NCBI GenBank assembly: GCA_963739455.1
Contig: CAVUAK010000001.1
Coordinates: 2,080,001-2,144,000, forward strand
Length of the DNA stretch: 64,000 nt
DNA from: an uncultured Gemmatimonadales bacterium
GTDB lineage: Bacteria; Gemmatimonadota; Gemmatimonadetes; Gemmatimonadales; GWC2-71-9
Direction of reading: 5' to 3'
The position numbers and the translations under genes were made by a program. The notes below the pieces were generated by a model. That model had not been told where the DNA came from. It searched no databases and was given only the letters and a program-made list of their open reading frames with translations. This document shows, one piece after another, positions 62,820-64,000 of this stretch (position 1 is the stretch's first letter; the number at the start of each line of letters is the position of its first letter).

Positions 62820-63975
62820 TGGAGTTTCCCCAGCCGCTCGGCGGCCTGACGGAGGGTCTCCTCGCGCTTGCAGAAGGCGAAGCGTACGAGGCGACGCGTG
62901 GTGTCCGGTGTGCTGAAAAAGCTCGACCCCGGCACGGGGGTGACACCGATCTCGGTGGTGAGCCACCGGGCAAACTCGGTATCGGGCAGGTCGACTCAGT
63001 GCAGAGTAGTCGGCGAGGATGTAGTAGGCGCCGTCGGGCAGTGCAGCGCGGAAGCCTGACGCGACGAGCGTTTCGTGCAGCAGGTTGCGGCGACCGCAGT
63101 ACTCGCACGCGAGCCTGGCGTAGAATTCCGCCGGGAGCTCGTCGAGCGCCACGGCCACGGCCTCCATGAGCGGAGCCGGCGCGCCCACGGTCAGGAAGTC
63201 GTGCACCTTCCGGATCGCGCCGGAGACGGCGGCGGGCGCGATGGCCCAGCCAATACGCCAGCCGGTCACCGCAAACGTCTTCGACGCACCACTGATGGTG
63301 ACGGTGCGCTCGGCCATCCCGGGCAGCGTCGCCATGGGCACGTGGGGGCCGGCATAGCGGATGTGCTCGTAGATCTCGTCCGTCACCGCCCACACATCGA
63401 AGCGCTGGCACAAGCGCGGCGATTGCGGCGAGTTCGTCGCGGGACAGCACGCGCCCGGTCGGGTTGGCGGGGCTGTTGAGGATGATGACGCGGGTCCGGC
63501 TGGAGAAAGCCGCGGCCAGGCGCTCGAGATCGAGCGGTGCGCCGATCGGCAGGGGCACGTGCCGCAAGGTGGCACCGCAGAGGATCGCATCGGGGCCGTA
63601 GTTCTCGTAGAACGGGTCGAAGACGATCACCTCGTCGCCCGGCTCGACGATCGCCATGAGTGTCGCGACCATCGCTTCGGTCGAGCCGCAGGTCACGGTG
63701 ATCTCCGTCTCTGGATTCACCGCCATGCCGTACCATTCGGCGTACTTCCGGGCCAGTGCCTCGCGCAGCCGGCGCGAGCCCCAGGTGATGGCGTACTGGT
63801 TCACGTCATCGGCAATGGCGCGCGCGGCAGCCTCCTTGAGCAGCGCGGGCGCGGGAAAGTCGGGGAATCCCTGCGCAAGGTTGATTGCGCCATGCTCCCG
63901 GGCGAGCGCGGACATGCCGCGGATGACGGACTCGGTAAAGCCGCGCGTTCGACTGCCGAAAGCCGGTGCCGTCAC
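62816..63975 (-). CDS. Class I/II PLP aminotransferase, YbdL-like (frameshifts near 63415 and 62995)
   Basis: INLAQGFPDF, NQY, NSPANPTG, DEIYEH, SKTFAVTGWRIG. Confidence 0.88.
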
Positions 63976-64000
63976 TCGGACGTCGCGATCGAGTCCTGCA

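Noticed and set aside
2334..63975. Pseudogenes or programmed frameshifts in ychF, rsmI, dinG and others
   Set aside because: Single-base shifts in many conserved genes with otherwise intact motifs and no evident slippery sites. Sequencing indels are more parsimonious.

Overview
High-GC bacterial chromosomal window. The gene content and order suggest Gemmatimonadota, which is an inference. Housekeeping flanks carry tmk, an S41 protease, lolA, aroF, smc, rsfS, rplI, rpsR, rpsF, ychF, pth, rplY, prs, ispE, pdxJ, mce, trxA, rsmI, a JAB-DinG helicase, gltX, tRNA-Ser and SCO/PCu(A)C/CtaG. The normally adjacent ispE / tRNA-Gln / prs block is split by a ~15 kb accessory nickel-nitrogen island (23219-38535). 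The island encodes an SLC13-type permease, a urea channel, ureABC, ureF, ureG, a free-standing 31% His protein (no ureE), a GdmH-like guanidine hydrolase with a Trp-to-Thr active-site change (no hypAB), a Ca2+/H+ antiporter, two paralogous porins sharing a candidate operator, ureD, a Tat-lipoprotein beta-carbonic anhydrase and a nickel permease. More than 20 frameshifts occur in flanking genes. They are most likely long-read indel errors and are annotated here as single CDSs. Also seen: a CTG-initiated pth, several apparently leaderless genes, and a family of intergenic inverted tandem 7-8-mer repeats. No CRISPR array, integrase or transposase was found.
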